A DNA stretch of 64,000 bases from Carcharhinus longimanus (taxonomy: Eukaryota): NCBI GenBank assembly GCA_030264375.1, contig JASCQW010000027.1:75448324-75512323 (forward strand). Reading direction: 5' to 3'. The notes under the pieces are model-generated. The model had not been told where the DNA came from. It did no database searches and was given only the letters and a program-made list of their open reading frames with translations. Each line of letters begins with the position of its first letter. Position 1 is the first letter of the stretch. The translations under genes were made by a program, and so were the position numbers. Below, piece by piece: positions 1 through 12,030 of this stretch.

Positions 1-206
1 TAGTCCCCCTGATACTATGGGGCAATTGAGCATGGCCAATCCATCTAACCCGCACATCTTTGGACTGTGGGAGGAAACCGGTGTACCTGGAGGAAACCCA
101 TGCAGACACTGGGAGCCTCCACACAGACTGTGACCCAAGCTGGGAATTGAACCTGGGTCCCTGGCTCAGTGAGGCAGCAGTGCTAACCACAATGCCACTG
201 TGCCGC
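1..206 (-). mobile_element. V-SINE/HE1-like tRNA-derived SINE (cut by window edge)
   Basis: Reverse strand shows a tRNA-like head (gcggcacagtggcattgtggttagcactgctgcctcac...ggttcaattccc) and the V-domain (gggtttcctcc...cctcccacagtccaaagatgtgcgggttag). Confidence 0.85.
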
Positions 207-1184
207 TCAATCTTCAATCCCATTCAAACAGCGTTTTGAAAACTCTCTCTGGGGATTGGGGACAAATAGGGCTCACAGACTGCGGATTGAATGAGCATTT
301 AATAGATAACATATAAAGAGACGCAAGATTGTCATACAACAGTCCCTTGTAGCTCTTCTACAATCTCAGTAATTCCTACACTCTGTGCTTTAGTTTAAGA
401 ATGTGCTAATGTTGTATTGGTGGAGTTACCCAAGTTACAGTTACATGTGTTTGAACCAGAGCCAGAAAGAAACCAACTCCTGTGCTCTGCCTGGTTGATA
501 TTGGCTCGAATCCAGCATCCATGCCTCAGGTGGACTATTATTACTCACATTGAAGGTCAGATTGTGACCAATCTTGGAGCCCCATTGTGCAATATAATCA
601 TGGTATAAATAGCTGGCTCAGAAACAAAAGAGATCCAACTCTCTGAACAGCCAACGTTAAAAAAAAGCAACAGACTCATTACTGTGTCTGGAAAATTATA
701 GAGCTGAGGTTGATTTGAAAAGGGCAGCGTTGGAGAACCTTGTTCATTACATCTTTCATACAGTGACTCAGAAGCCAAATATTGGAACCCTCAATACAGT
801 ACTAGTGCGATACACTCTGAACACACCTGAAGAGATTAGCGGCACTACCGTGGCAAATTGGCCTCCTTTATTGATTACGGAAAAACTACGTGTGCCAGTC
901 ACAGTCCAGGGGCAACTCACCAGGTGATAGGAGGACTGCAGATCTACTGACTGAGCTGCGGGTTAAGAACCCTTCGTGAGCCTGGGCAGCAGTCACGGGA
1001 GCCGGAGTCAGTGCAAGCTGTCACTGATAGTTTGTCTGTGTTGAACACTCCAAATGCTCCTGCTCCTGCTCTATATTCAGATAAACATTTTCATTTTTAA
1101 AAAACATACCTTTTAAGGTCCACTGGTTAGGCTGCGTATAGGTACCAATCTTGATTGCCGTAGGCCCATCAGTCAGAACATTGA

Positions 1185-1445
1185 ATAATGGAATTGTTGA
1201 ATTGTACAAGACCTTGCTGAAGCCACGCTTGAAATACTGTGTCCAGTTCTGGTTACCCTATTATAGAAAGGGAGCAGAAAAGATTTACTAGGACTTGATG
1301 GTTTGAGATATAAGAAGAGGCTGGATAGTCTGGGACTTTTTTTCTCTGGAGCATAGAAGACTGAGGGATGATCTTATAGAGATCTATAAAATATTGAGGG
1401 GCACAGATCAGCTTGATAGTCAATATCTTTTCCCAAAGGTATTGG
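1185..1445 (+). mobile_element. CR1 LINE ORF2 3' fragment, decayed
   Basis: Reads LYKTLLKPRLKYCVQFWLPYYRK...LDSLGLF...RRLRDDLIEIYKILRG, typical of the CR1 RT C-terminus. Confidence 0.85.
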
Positions 1446-1469
1446 GAAAAGATATCTTTTCCTGCCTTC

Positions 1470-2210
1470 AGAACAGAAAGACATGAAATTATAGTGTGTC
1501 CTTCACAACTTCAGGATGTTCTAAAGAGCTTAACGACCAATAAAGTGCAGTTGAAATATGAACAGCAAGGTGGCAAAGTGGTTAGCATTGCTGACTCATA
1601 GTGTCAGGGACCTGGGTTCGATTTCCAGCTTGGATCACTGTCTGTGTGGAGTTTGTACATCCTCCGCATGTACGTGGTTTCCTCTGGGTGCTCTGGTTTC
1701 CTCCCACAGTTCGAAAGACGTCTTGATTAATCGCATTAGCCATGCTAAATTCTCCATCGGCATACCCAAACAGATGCCTGAGTGTGGCAACTAGGGGATT
1801 TTCATTGTAACTTCATTGCTATGTTAATGTAAGCTTACTTGTGACACTAATAAATAAACTTTAAACTTTAATGTTGGAAACACAACAGCCAGTTTGCAAG
1901 TTCCCACAAACAGTGATGTGATACTGACCAGAGAATCTGTTTTGGTGATGTTATTTAAGAGATAAATGTTGTCCAGAACATTAGGGAGAACACCCTGCTC
2001 TTGTTCAAAATGGCAGCATGAGACTTTTTACTTTTGAGTCCAGGCTGGGTCTTGGCTTAATGGCTTATTTAAAAGATGGCATCCCTGACAGAGTTGCTCT
2101 ACTGCACTGGAGTCTCAACCTTCATTTTTGTGCTCAAGTTTCTGGAGTGGGACTTGAACCTGCAACCTTCTGCTTCAGAAGAAGAGTTCAGCAAAGGAGT
2201 TCACTGCCAT
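1470..2210 (-). mobile_element. Deu-domain SINE (SacSINE1/AmnSINE1-like), split by a V-SINE insertion
   Basis: Reverse tRNA-like head (ggagtgggacttgaacctgcaaccttc) and core (aaagatggcatccctgacag...ctgcactggagt). The tail at 1470-1560 is separated by the V-SINE. Similar copies at 6190-6790 and 32210-32600. Confidence 0.7.
1562..1869 (+). mobile_element. V-SINE-like element
   Basis: Head ggtggcaaagtggttagcattgctg...gggttcgattt, V-domain gtggtttcctctgggtgctctggtttcctcccacagt, tail taataaataaactttaaacttt. The tail recurs alone at about 10512-10587. Confidence 0.85.
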
Positions 2211-4539
2211 GATTCTCATGATTATCTCTTCCTCCCCCACGATTTCTTACCTTGGTCTTTCTTTTGCTGGACCAGGACAAATCTTACACCACCTCCCAAC
2301 TAGTGAGAGTTGTATCTAAGCCTTCCAAGGAGATACTTATAGGTATTCTTGGGAGATCTGCAGAAATGTGCATATTCTAGAGGGAGAGAAGGAGAAAAAT
2401 TCACTTGGGCTGCTCATTGAATTTTGGAAGTTAGTAAATAGTCAGTAAAATTGGGTCGGCTAGAATATAGGCAGTGACTTCCAATAGGTTCAATGGCATG
2501 AAACTTCAAATAAGTTTCATGTCATGCAGTTATGGTTAAAATTCACCCTTGTGTGGAACAATGATAGGCTTATCAAGTTACCATATTCATACTGTTTTCA
2601 TTTTGTTCATTGGCATGTACCTAATTCACATGGGATGATTTCTTGCCAACCTTGAGTATCTGACACTTCCATGTGTTGTTAATAGATATGCTGTAGTCTC
2701 ATGAAAATATATAAAACAAAACCTGGACAGTTTTCCTGCAATCATTGCAAGCATTGGGTCTTTCTTCCAAATATGAATTTACTGTCACCATGTGCCTTTG
2801 ATGTAATGTACAGAACACAAGGTAGTAACCAAAATCAGTGTTATCATCTGCATGGCATACCAGACAACTGATGGGATATCTTCCTGTCAAATTAACATTA
2901 ATGCATAATGTTGTTAAACTAAAATGTGTACTTTCTGCTTTCTTTAATAGACACGGTGGTATCACCTATAGTGTGCACACAAATTAACTTAACATTATCT
3001 TGTTGCTGCTCTTAATATTAATGACCCATGCTGCACATATATCAAATGATGTTTGTAACAGTTGCCAACAGTGGGCATTATCATTTTACTCGGATCTTAC
3101 CATGATTGTTTGGTAAATTGATTGGTGACTCCTGAAAGGGAAAAAAATTAGCATGTATGATTGAGGGTGAGAGTTAAAGGACAGGAGAGTGAAGAATGAG
3201 AGGCTTGGAATCAGGAGTAGTGCCAGAGTCCATGATTTCTCTCTCTGACCCTGCTGACCAGGCTTTGAGTTCACCTGTAACATTTCAGTTGGCCCTGCTG
3301 AGAGTGATCTTGAACCATTTCCTTTACAATGCTGAGCCTGCAAAAACAGCCAGGTCTCGCAGAGTGGTGAGTACAACACTGGATACCAACATGAACATTC
3401 AATAAAGGGTAAAGAAAAAATCCACAATATTATTTCTTCACAAATGAAGGAAATGGCCCCAACTCCACTGTAACCATCAGTGCATGCCAACTATGAGGTG
3501 TACCAGTATACTTAGCTCTCTGACAAAGCTCATCTCAACAAATCATGATAATGCACATGTGAATAAAGTGAAACAAGTGCAATGTGAAATGTTTACAAGT
3601 AAAATTTAATTTTGAAGAACATCTGCGCCACTTTTGTGCTCCCAAGTCACACATTAATCGTAGTGTAGTTGGAAGGAAAGCTGTGGCGGTGAGGCAGAGC
3701 CTCCCTGTTCGTTTAGCAGATGCCCTTCTAGCCTGCTTGTGCCTGCTGCATTGTCAGCTGATGGCAGGTTTGCCAATGAAAAGCTGCTTAATCACGTGTG
3801 CTACAGTCAGCACTTATAATTTTAATTGTAAGCACGTGGGAGACAGGAAAAAGAGAGAAAGTGTAAGTGGCGCACAGATCGGTTACAAAGTTGGGAATGC
3901 TTTTAAGAAAATTCTGCCCTTAATATATTATTTTATTACTGGTATCAAGTTGAATAAGTTAAGTCCTGAACTTTTTGTCTGTTGGGTCTGTGTACTGGAG
4001 GGCCCGGACATGGATGTGAAATATGTTCCAAGCCTTGATTGGTCCTGGTGCGTGGTTTCACTCTGGCCAATTAATGTCCATTTAGCATAAAGCATGCTTT
4101 GTGAAAGGTTGAGCACTGCTATGGAGGACAGGAAAAGGGCGGGGGTTGAGAAAGGGGAGTGCACAGGCAGACGTTTCCAATGAGCTTCCTCAGGGGTCAG
4201 CCGCTGCAGAGCTGTCTCAGGAACTGCTGACCAGTGAAAAATAAATATCAATGTTAAATTTAGTGTCTGGGCAGCACAATTATACACAAACTTCTGTCCC
4301 CAGAAAGATTTGTTAATCTTATTTCAGCCCTCACCTTTCATCACACTCTGAATCGTGACTGCAACTTAAACATAGCCAATCGACCCATCCGCCAACTATA
4401 AAGGCAGACAGGCAATGTAAAATCCCCAACGCGCGCAGTGACATTGGGATGTGTTCCTGATGATTTCTCACACTATTTAACATGCTTTCAGGTTAGGCAC
4501 ACACCCAGCTCAGCCACGTAACATTCTGGCCTCAGAGTT

Positions 4540-4780
4540 TATGATAACGTTTGCAACTTTCCTAGGCTGCTTCAACAGCACCTTGTCCAACGCATGCCCT
4601 CTGCCGCTCATAAGGATGATAGCATCAGGAGCGTGGAAACATCATCACCTCCAAGCTATCCTCCAAGTCGCACACAATTCTGACTTGGAACTAAACCCCC
4701 TTCCTTCATCATTGTTGGGTCAAAATCTAACTACAGGCTTTGTGGGAGTACTTTCACCACATGGAAACCACTGCAAGGCA
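4540..4780 (+). mobile_element. LINE (CR1/L2 group) 3' fragment
   Basis: Homologous to the copy at 56100-56740 (cttcaacagcacctt...ctgacttggaa...gggtcaaaatc). Confidence 0.65.
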
Positions 4781-6189
4781 CATAATTTAAAAAGAAAAAA
4801 AGGGTAAGATGTAGCTCTGCTTCCATGTATGTCTCAGATCATATCTGAGGTCATCGAGACCTCAAAGGTTCTTGGATCCTGAAACAGACAATGATTTTAT
4901 TGGCTTATTTGGCTTCACTCATGCCGTTAGCATTTGGCTGAGTTTTCATCGTTCTAAATTTTCTCAGGCTGCAAGTTCTAAAATAAGTTTATAGACTCAG
5001 TATTCTTTTTCATATAAGTCCATCTCTCCCTCTGAAATATTTAACCATAATATGACCAATCTATGTATGTTCATTTGAGACCATGGTCCCTCAAAGGCCT
5101 TTTGTGGCCTGTCCATTTCATCGCAGTTTCCTTTTTTTGGGAGGATCTAAATGCAACGCACATCAGATTTTAGCATAATGTTAATTCTGATGAGAGAGCA
5201 AATTCTTAGAAGGATGTCTATTTATTCCAGACCTGAGTCACATTTTCTTTTCACAGAAAGAGTATGACCTGGGCTAGGAGCGAGAAAACCTCTTGTTTTC
5301 TGACTGACAGTGAAAGGTTTGAAGGTAATCGCCGCACCCATTGAACAAATCAACAAAGTGAGGCAGGTATTTCTTTACACCTGAAATTGAGCTTGACAAC
5401 TTAAACAATGGTATGGCAATCACTTAGTTCAATTAGCTGAATAATGCCAACAGTGCAGGTTTGATTTCTGCCCCAGCTGAGGTAAACTTGGGACCTGCCT
5501 CTTTGTCTTACCCCTGAGAGTGGAAGGCAATGGAAAACCACCACTGATAAATGGAAATGGCTCAGGATGAAATATCAACAGATAACAAGCCAAGGACCCT
5601 CCTTCACGCTGAGCGTGTGATGATAATGAACTTTGACAATGTCCCAAAAATAAGGAAAGTCAGATACTTTGCATTTTAAGCAATAATAATAATAATACCC
5701 CGAGTGTCTGGTAGCAGTCTTTATTATGGGAATATGTTAAAGAGGCAAAATGTTTATGTTAAGTCTCACCACACAGGACAAATTTCCTTTCTTAATGTTA
5801 GTTGAGAATCTGCCATAGAATACTTCAATAAATCTCAATGACTATTTAATAAATCTTATTACATTTTATCCAGTCTTTAACATAACCAATATTGTGAACC
5901 TTTTATCGAAATATGTGAACATGTGTAATTATCAAACGCTCGCCACACAAGTACCAGTGTTAAAAACTGAACTGTATTTAATTATGTTTAATTAACATCA
6001 AAATTTATAATTCTNNNNNNNNNNNNNNNNNNNNNNNNNNNNNNNNNNNNNNNNNNNNNNNNNNNNNNNNNNNNNNNNNNNNNNNNNNNNNNNNNNNNNN
6101 NNNNNNNNNNNNNNAGGGCAAAAGTTGGATATAATCAAAAGTTTATCTGCATTGAATTGAAATATAATCATAACATTAGTTAAAAGAAA

Positions 6190-6790
6190 GATACTTTTGT
6201 GTTTATATAGTGCCTTTCACAGTTCAGGACATCCCAAAGAGCTTTTACAAATACTTCGAAAGCATTCTGTAATGGAATGAAATATGGTAGTCAGTCTGTG
6301 CACAGCAGGGCCTCACAAACAACAATGTGATTATGAGCAGGTATTCAATTTTACTGAAATTGGTTTGTTGATAGCTGTTATAAATGTACTTATCGATGTA
6401 TAGTGCAAGAGGAACCATAAAGTAGGCTTCGTTACTTAAAAACTGGGTAATTCTTTATAATAGGTCTGAAAAACTGGGGAATTCTTTATTAAAAGTGCAC
6501 ACTGTTCCACAGTCAGATCCTAGTGTGTTTAACCAGGTTCCACGCTGGAAGGAGCCATTCCTGTGGGGGAGGTGGGGGAGGGGGTTCCTGACCCACACTA
6601 TTAGAGGGGCAGTATGCACCCAAATTCCCTACATATATTTATGCATATATTACAATAGCCATTGGTCAGAAGAACACGATTCTTGAGTATAGTGCCATGG
6701 GATCTTCTACATCCACCTGAGAGTCCGACTGGGTCTCAGTTTAATGCCTTATGTGAAAGATGGCATCTCCAACACTGCTGTCCGAGAAAG
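6190..6790 (-). mobile_element. Deu-SINE-like copy, interrupted
   Basis: Contains tatatagtgcctttcac...caggacatcccaaag and gtgccatgggatcttctacatccacctgag...gaaagatggcatctccaac, shared with the 1470-2210 copy. Confidence 0.6.
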
Positions 6791-8779
6791 TGACACTGTG
6801 CATATCAATTTCTAACACCCCATTGACTTTTGAAAAACTTTTACACAGATCATATACTTAGAAATGAAGACGTTTTTCTTGTATTAATACTAAATAATCA
6901 ACAACTTACCTGGTACAGCACTAAACTGATGGAATACAATTATTGCTAAAGGTGGCACAAAATATTACTTTCCACAAATGTTAGAAGTCTCAAATCGGAA
7001 TTTCTTTGCCATGTATCTATCACAAGATCATTGTCCCAAGAGACTGATGGTGGCATACCAGTTGTTTAAGGTATTATGGAGACATTACATTGATGATCAA
7101 AGCTCATCGTAACATTCTGTTCCAAAAGAATCATATTGGACTCAAAACATCCACAGCATTTTCTATTTGCGCTGCAGATTTCCAGCATCTGCAGTATTTT
7201 GTTTTTACGAGTCTAACAACTGAGCTTAGATTCAGGTTGGAGCACAGAGAATGAGTTGCATGTACAAAGGTAGGAGAGCAAAGTGATCAGGAGAATTGAT
7301 GAGACCTTTGGGAATTTAAATGTGATCGTATCAGGATACAGAATTCTGAAATGTAATATAATACTCTGCCACAATGAATGGAGTTTGCAGCAACTCAGTG
7401 ACTCTATTCTGCATCACTAACTCTATTATAACAGAATCTTGTCTCCACACAGTATAAATAGACTTTGGACAAGTGAAGTGTATTTTTAAAAGACCTTTGT
7501 GTTATGTAATCTTGCAGGGGCTCAATTACAGTGTAAGGCAAAGGACCCTCTGTCTGATCTACATTCAGATCTAGGTGCCAAAGGTGAAATAGATAATGTT
7601 GTGGCGCACCACACAACTTATTTCTTTTGCAATCACTTATGTAGGCCACCTTAACACAAATGTAAAAATTAACTGTGGGGCTGTTGAGAGTCTGAGCAAA
7701 TTTATGCTATATGCTTCAACAAGGTTAATGTTTGACAATGTCATGTACATTGGTAATAGCAATCACACATTTGCATGACTTTATTATCCATATATTTGTT
7801 CAAATAAAAAGCCCTGAAATTATCGAGCCAAATTTTGCTGTGGTGTGTAAACATTTTATTTTCCTGGATGCTCATTCAACAAAACCTCTCGATCTGTCTG
7901 CCTGATTTGTGGTTTTAATCAATTTTGTGCTCATTAATTTTAAACGCTGCAAAATCAGCACTGCTCTGAACTGGCCATAATGACCTTCCTTCCTAACTCT
8001 CTGATCTTCACACTGGGACCAGAAACTTGCAATTTCAGGCAGCGTACATTTCTTCAACATTCGTCTTGCTAGTATTATACATCATACTGTAAATACTGGT
8101 TGAAGAGTGGATAGTTTAGTTAACCAGTCTTGTTAGTGTTTTGATAGACATTTCAAAAATATAAAGTATTTGTTGAGTTTGCATATTCTGGAAGGGAACC
8201 ATTTTAATTCTCTCCACATAAAACAGTGAGTTAATATGCTATTTGATAGATTTTACCAGCAACAGTGGACAGATTTTGGATGTCATTATAACGTTCAGTC
8301 TCTTGAGAAAATGTAATATGTTGAAGAGCTTTCAAAGCATCTGAAAAGGTTGACGTATTTTAATAAGCAGAATAGCTCTAAACTATCAATGCACACATTG
8401 ATATGAAGAGATATTATGTGAACGGCCTAATTGTAATTGAACTCTTTTCCTTGGCTAAGACAAGAAACTTTACATTGGTTTCCCATAATTTAAAGCAACA
8501 CTGAAATGTGGCTCAGAAATAAAGGCAGGTATTGTTTCAAACTGTTTGCACTGATAACATCTTTGATCACTGCTGACTGCTTCTTTCACCTCATGGAAAA
8601 AAACTTAACTTGTAAACCTGAAAGAACTCTGGATTATACATCCCTTGTGGCCATTTTCTACATATATCCATTTGTTACCTACACCATATGCTTATAAAAA
8701 GTTGTCATTCTGACCTAGAAATATTTGACAGACGAAAAAGGGGAATACACTTACACAGGAAGGTTTTAATTGGAATTAA

Positions 8780-9270
8780 GGGCAAGGGGGACATTGATAA
8801 GCAGATAAAAGGATTGTTAAAGGTGGCAGCATAATTGATAAATGTTATAAAAAGGACAAATTGAATTTTGTGGATAAAAATATAGGATACAGAAACAAAG
8901 AGATACTGTTGAGTTTGTATGTACTTACTACAGTGTAAGTATGGAGTTTAGATTTGGGCACTTGTAGGAAGGTCAGAAAGGTAACGCAATAGGTTTAACT
9001 TGGGTTCACTAGGAGGTTGCTGGGGATGTGAGACATTGAGAGCATTTTTCTGATGGAATTGAGAATGTTATGAGATGGTGGTCTGTGAAGCCCTGAGGAT
9101 GGAGGTAGACAATGGCAGATTATTTACACTGTTGGTGAAGTGATCACAAAAAGGTACAAATTTAAGTCATTTTGTGAGAAAAATGAAAGGTGAAGTTGAA
9201 GGAATTTCTTTACATAGAGGATAGTTAAATGTTAAATAGTTGTACCGAGATGCTTACTGCGAAGATGTCC
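8780..9270 (+). mobile_element. Highly decayed CR1 LINE 3' region
   Basis: Degenerate match to the CR1 RT C-terminus and 3' end (gggttcactaggaggttgctggggatg; ggaatttctttacatagagg). Confidence 0.55.
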
Positions 9271-9589
9271 AAGGGATGCTTTCTACCAATCACTAATTGG
9301 AGATTTTTGATTGGTATGTTTGATGGGAAGGTTCACTGATGGGAAAGTGTCAGTTTTGCACTGCAGCTTGGAAGTGTTTGGAATTAAGAAAACCTGCTTT
9401 TTCTCTTTAGAGAGCACTTTCAATTTTTTACATAGGATGGAATCTTGCTGAGACGTTGGTGTCTCATCTCCTGGCTGATGCGTTGGTGACAGGCACACGC
9501 TGCCTCTTTTTGAGAAGGTCTGATGAATTACATGCCCATCAGGCAGAGGCGAGGACAGCGGTGTGCCTTTCTCTGGAATCAAGACCTGG

Positions 9590-10135
9590 GCAGCACAGGT
9601 CTTGCCTACTAATCAGAGACTGTGGCTGTTGCTAGAAGGATAGGCACTGGATCCCAGGATGATGGAACAACCCAGGTCACAGGTAAGTAATGTGGGGGAT
9701 GGAGGGGTTTTGAGGGATGGAAGTGATGGGCAGAGGGGTCAGCCACAAGAGCAGGTGGTGGCATTAAACAGGCCCCCACTTCCCTGAATCTGAGTCCCTC
9801 GATCTGGTATTGAGTGCCTTTAATTAAGGGACCCATCCCCCATCCTAGGAGGTGACAAGTTGGTGGCACGGTTTTAGCTACCATACATGCTGCATGGTAA
9901 CAGGTCCACCGACAGCTGGGGTAATATGACGACGGGTTGCCATATTACCTTAAGTGGTTATTAATTGGCCACTTAAGGGCCTCATTTAGTAGTGGGGTGG
10001 AAAGGTCGACCATGAGTCTTCCCTCCCATTTAACAATTCTGACTGAGATGGGAAGATGGTGGGGTTCTGGTATACTACCATCCGACCCTTTCCACCTCCA
10101 AGCTTGCCAACAGAGAGGGCAGAGAATTCTGTCCC
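9590..10135. mobile_element. Non-autonomous TIR-type element (probable Harbinger-derived)
   Basis: Ends in agagaattctgtccc. Its internal ttaattggccacttaagggcctc core resembles other copies in the window. Confidence 0.5.
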
Positions 10136-11919
10136 TAGTGTGATGCCTAAATTTAGACAAAGAGGAAATGTATTCATAGATAATTGTAGTATATTCAGAA
10201 TTATAGACAATAGTAACAGATCTTCCATGGAATTGTTTACTGAAAGTGAAATGATACTTATTTATAAAGGCAGTGGCATTTGTCCAAGTCCCAGATGAGG
10301 TGCTAGCTGCTGCTCAGGGTGAACCTGTGTGTAACCTGTACTTTCTTCAAGGGTGTCCAGTCTGTTATATTTTAGGTGACTTAGTTGCATATCATGGAGC
10401 CTCACAGACCACATCTAAAAGTGTAAATCAACATGCCTGTATATATCAAGGCATAAATACTTGGCAATTTAAGTGTGTGGATTTGGGATTTATCCAAAAT
10501 GAGGCAGCAGCTTTTAGGGGATTCTCACAGTAACTTCACTGCTAATGTAAGCTCCTTGTGACTAATAAATAAATAAACTTTAAACTAAGGACAACCATTT
10601 TCAGGTCCACAGACATACAAAATTCAGAGGACAAAAGCATTGGGTAGAACAATAAAATTAAATATAGTTAGTTGCCTGAGTTCCAAGGGCTAGGTTGCTA
10701 AAACTGACGGGTGACAAATAGCCCAGAGTGACATATACATCTCAGCTACAAGGTCTGATTTCTTCTATAAATTCATTTTGAGATCCATTGGAGTTTAATG
10801 CTTTTTCATGCAAGCTGAGGCCAATGGAGCAGGCTCTCTGAAATTGACAGGAAATGTCTGTTTTCCGTTCTTTTACTATTTCTATTTCAGTGTGTCACAG
10901 AAATTTGCCATGTGACAAAATGAGACATTTAAAATGTGATGCGTTTCAAAGATCTTGCATCAAAATAGGGATCTCCCAAGGTAATGCTTGTTGCACTTTG
11001 GATGATGTGCAGGAACCTTTTGGACATGTCGTGCGCAATGCATTCTGCTCCTCAGGTGAAGGTGCGTTCCTTTAAAGGCACAATTGCTCAGTGAATAAAG
11101 TTGAAATGTTTGGTCAGAGACCTTCAGAGGTGGAACTATGCTTTGCAATTTTGGGAGGTTAAATGTGTGAGTCATTAGGAATTTGTATTTTAAGATTCCT
11201 TTGCACTTGTGACAATCTACTACAGCAGGAGTAAGATGCCTGCGTGCTCCTACCAGGCAGGCTTGATTTTCCTCTTTGGGCACAATCCGCAGTCTAATTT
11301 GGAAATGTGCATATCACCAAGTGGTAAATCTGCCACAAACCAACTTAATCTGGCAGCAACTCAAACCATTTTTTTAAAAAATCACTTTAAGAAATATTGT
11401 TTGATATATTTAAAAGTACTAATTTGATGCAATTTAATTAATACAAACATATGAATGTGTATCACATAAAATAACAGTTTTTAATCCCAGTGTCAATCCA
11501 CCATTTGTGAGTAACCTGATTCTAAATGAAAAGTTACATTCAAATGCTTTTAGAAGGTGCCAGATAGCCTCCTGTACGCCCAAAGCAAATGTGGTTCTGA
11601 GAGCTCCTCAAAGACCTGAAAATCACCGCAGTTTACGGAAACACCTAATGATGATCACTGTATTCCGAGGGCACAGTCAGTGTTGTGAGTTAAGCTATTT
11701 TAAAGCAGAATATTTTTGAAATGAAGGTAAAAATTGTGGAAACGTGATTTTTGCTGACTGCAATTTACACTTTGAGTTCTCTAACCCTCTGCATAGGTTG
11801 TGCTGACTTAGGGCAACAATATAACCAAGTGTAAGTTTGACCCTGATATTTTTAATGTGTTAAAAGCTGGCTCTTCTATGATTTTTTATTGCATTGATAG
11901 CTGATGGTTTTAACATGAA

Positions 11920-12030
11920 GAGGTTTTACAGCCTCGCTCAGCTGAGACCAGAAATTCCCGCTCAGTGGAAGTTTCTGTTGTCTGAGCCTCGCCTGCACCG
12001 ATTCCATGGCGGGTGAAGTGGTAGAGTTTC
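11920..12030. mobile_element. Short (~120-bp) MITE-like element; relatives at 21565-21700, 45506-45630 and 47918-48010
   Basis: Shared motifs aattcccgc(c/t)c...cagtgga and gattcc...ggcgg...aaattc between copies, with imperfect terminal inverted repeats. Confidence 0.5.

Noticed and set aside
3584-4090. Longest gap-free ORF (168 aa)
   Set aside because: GTG start, no recognisable domain, and composition typical of non-coding DNA.
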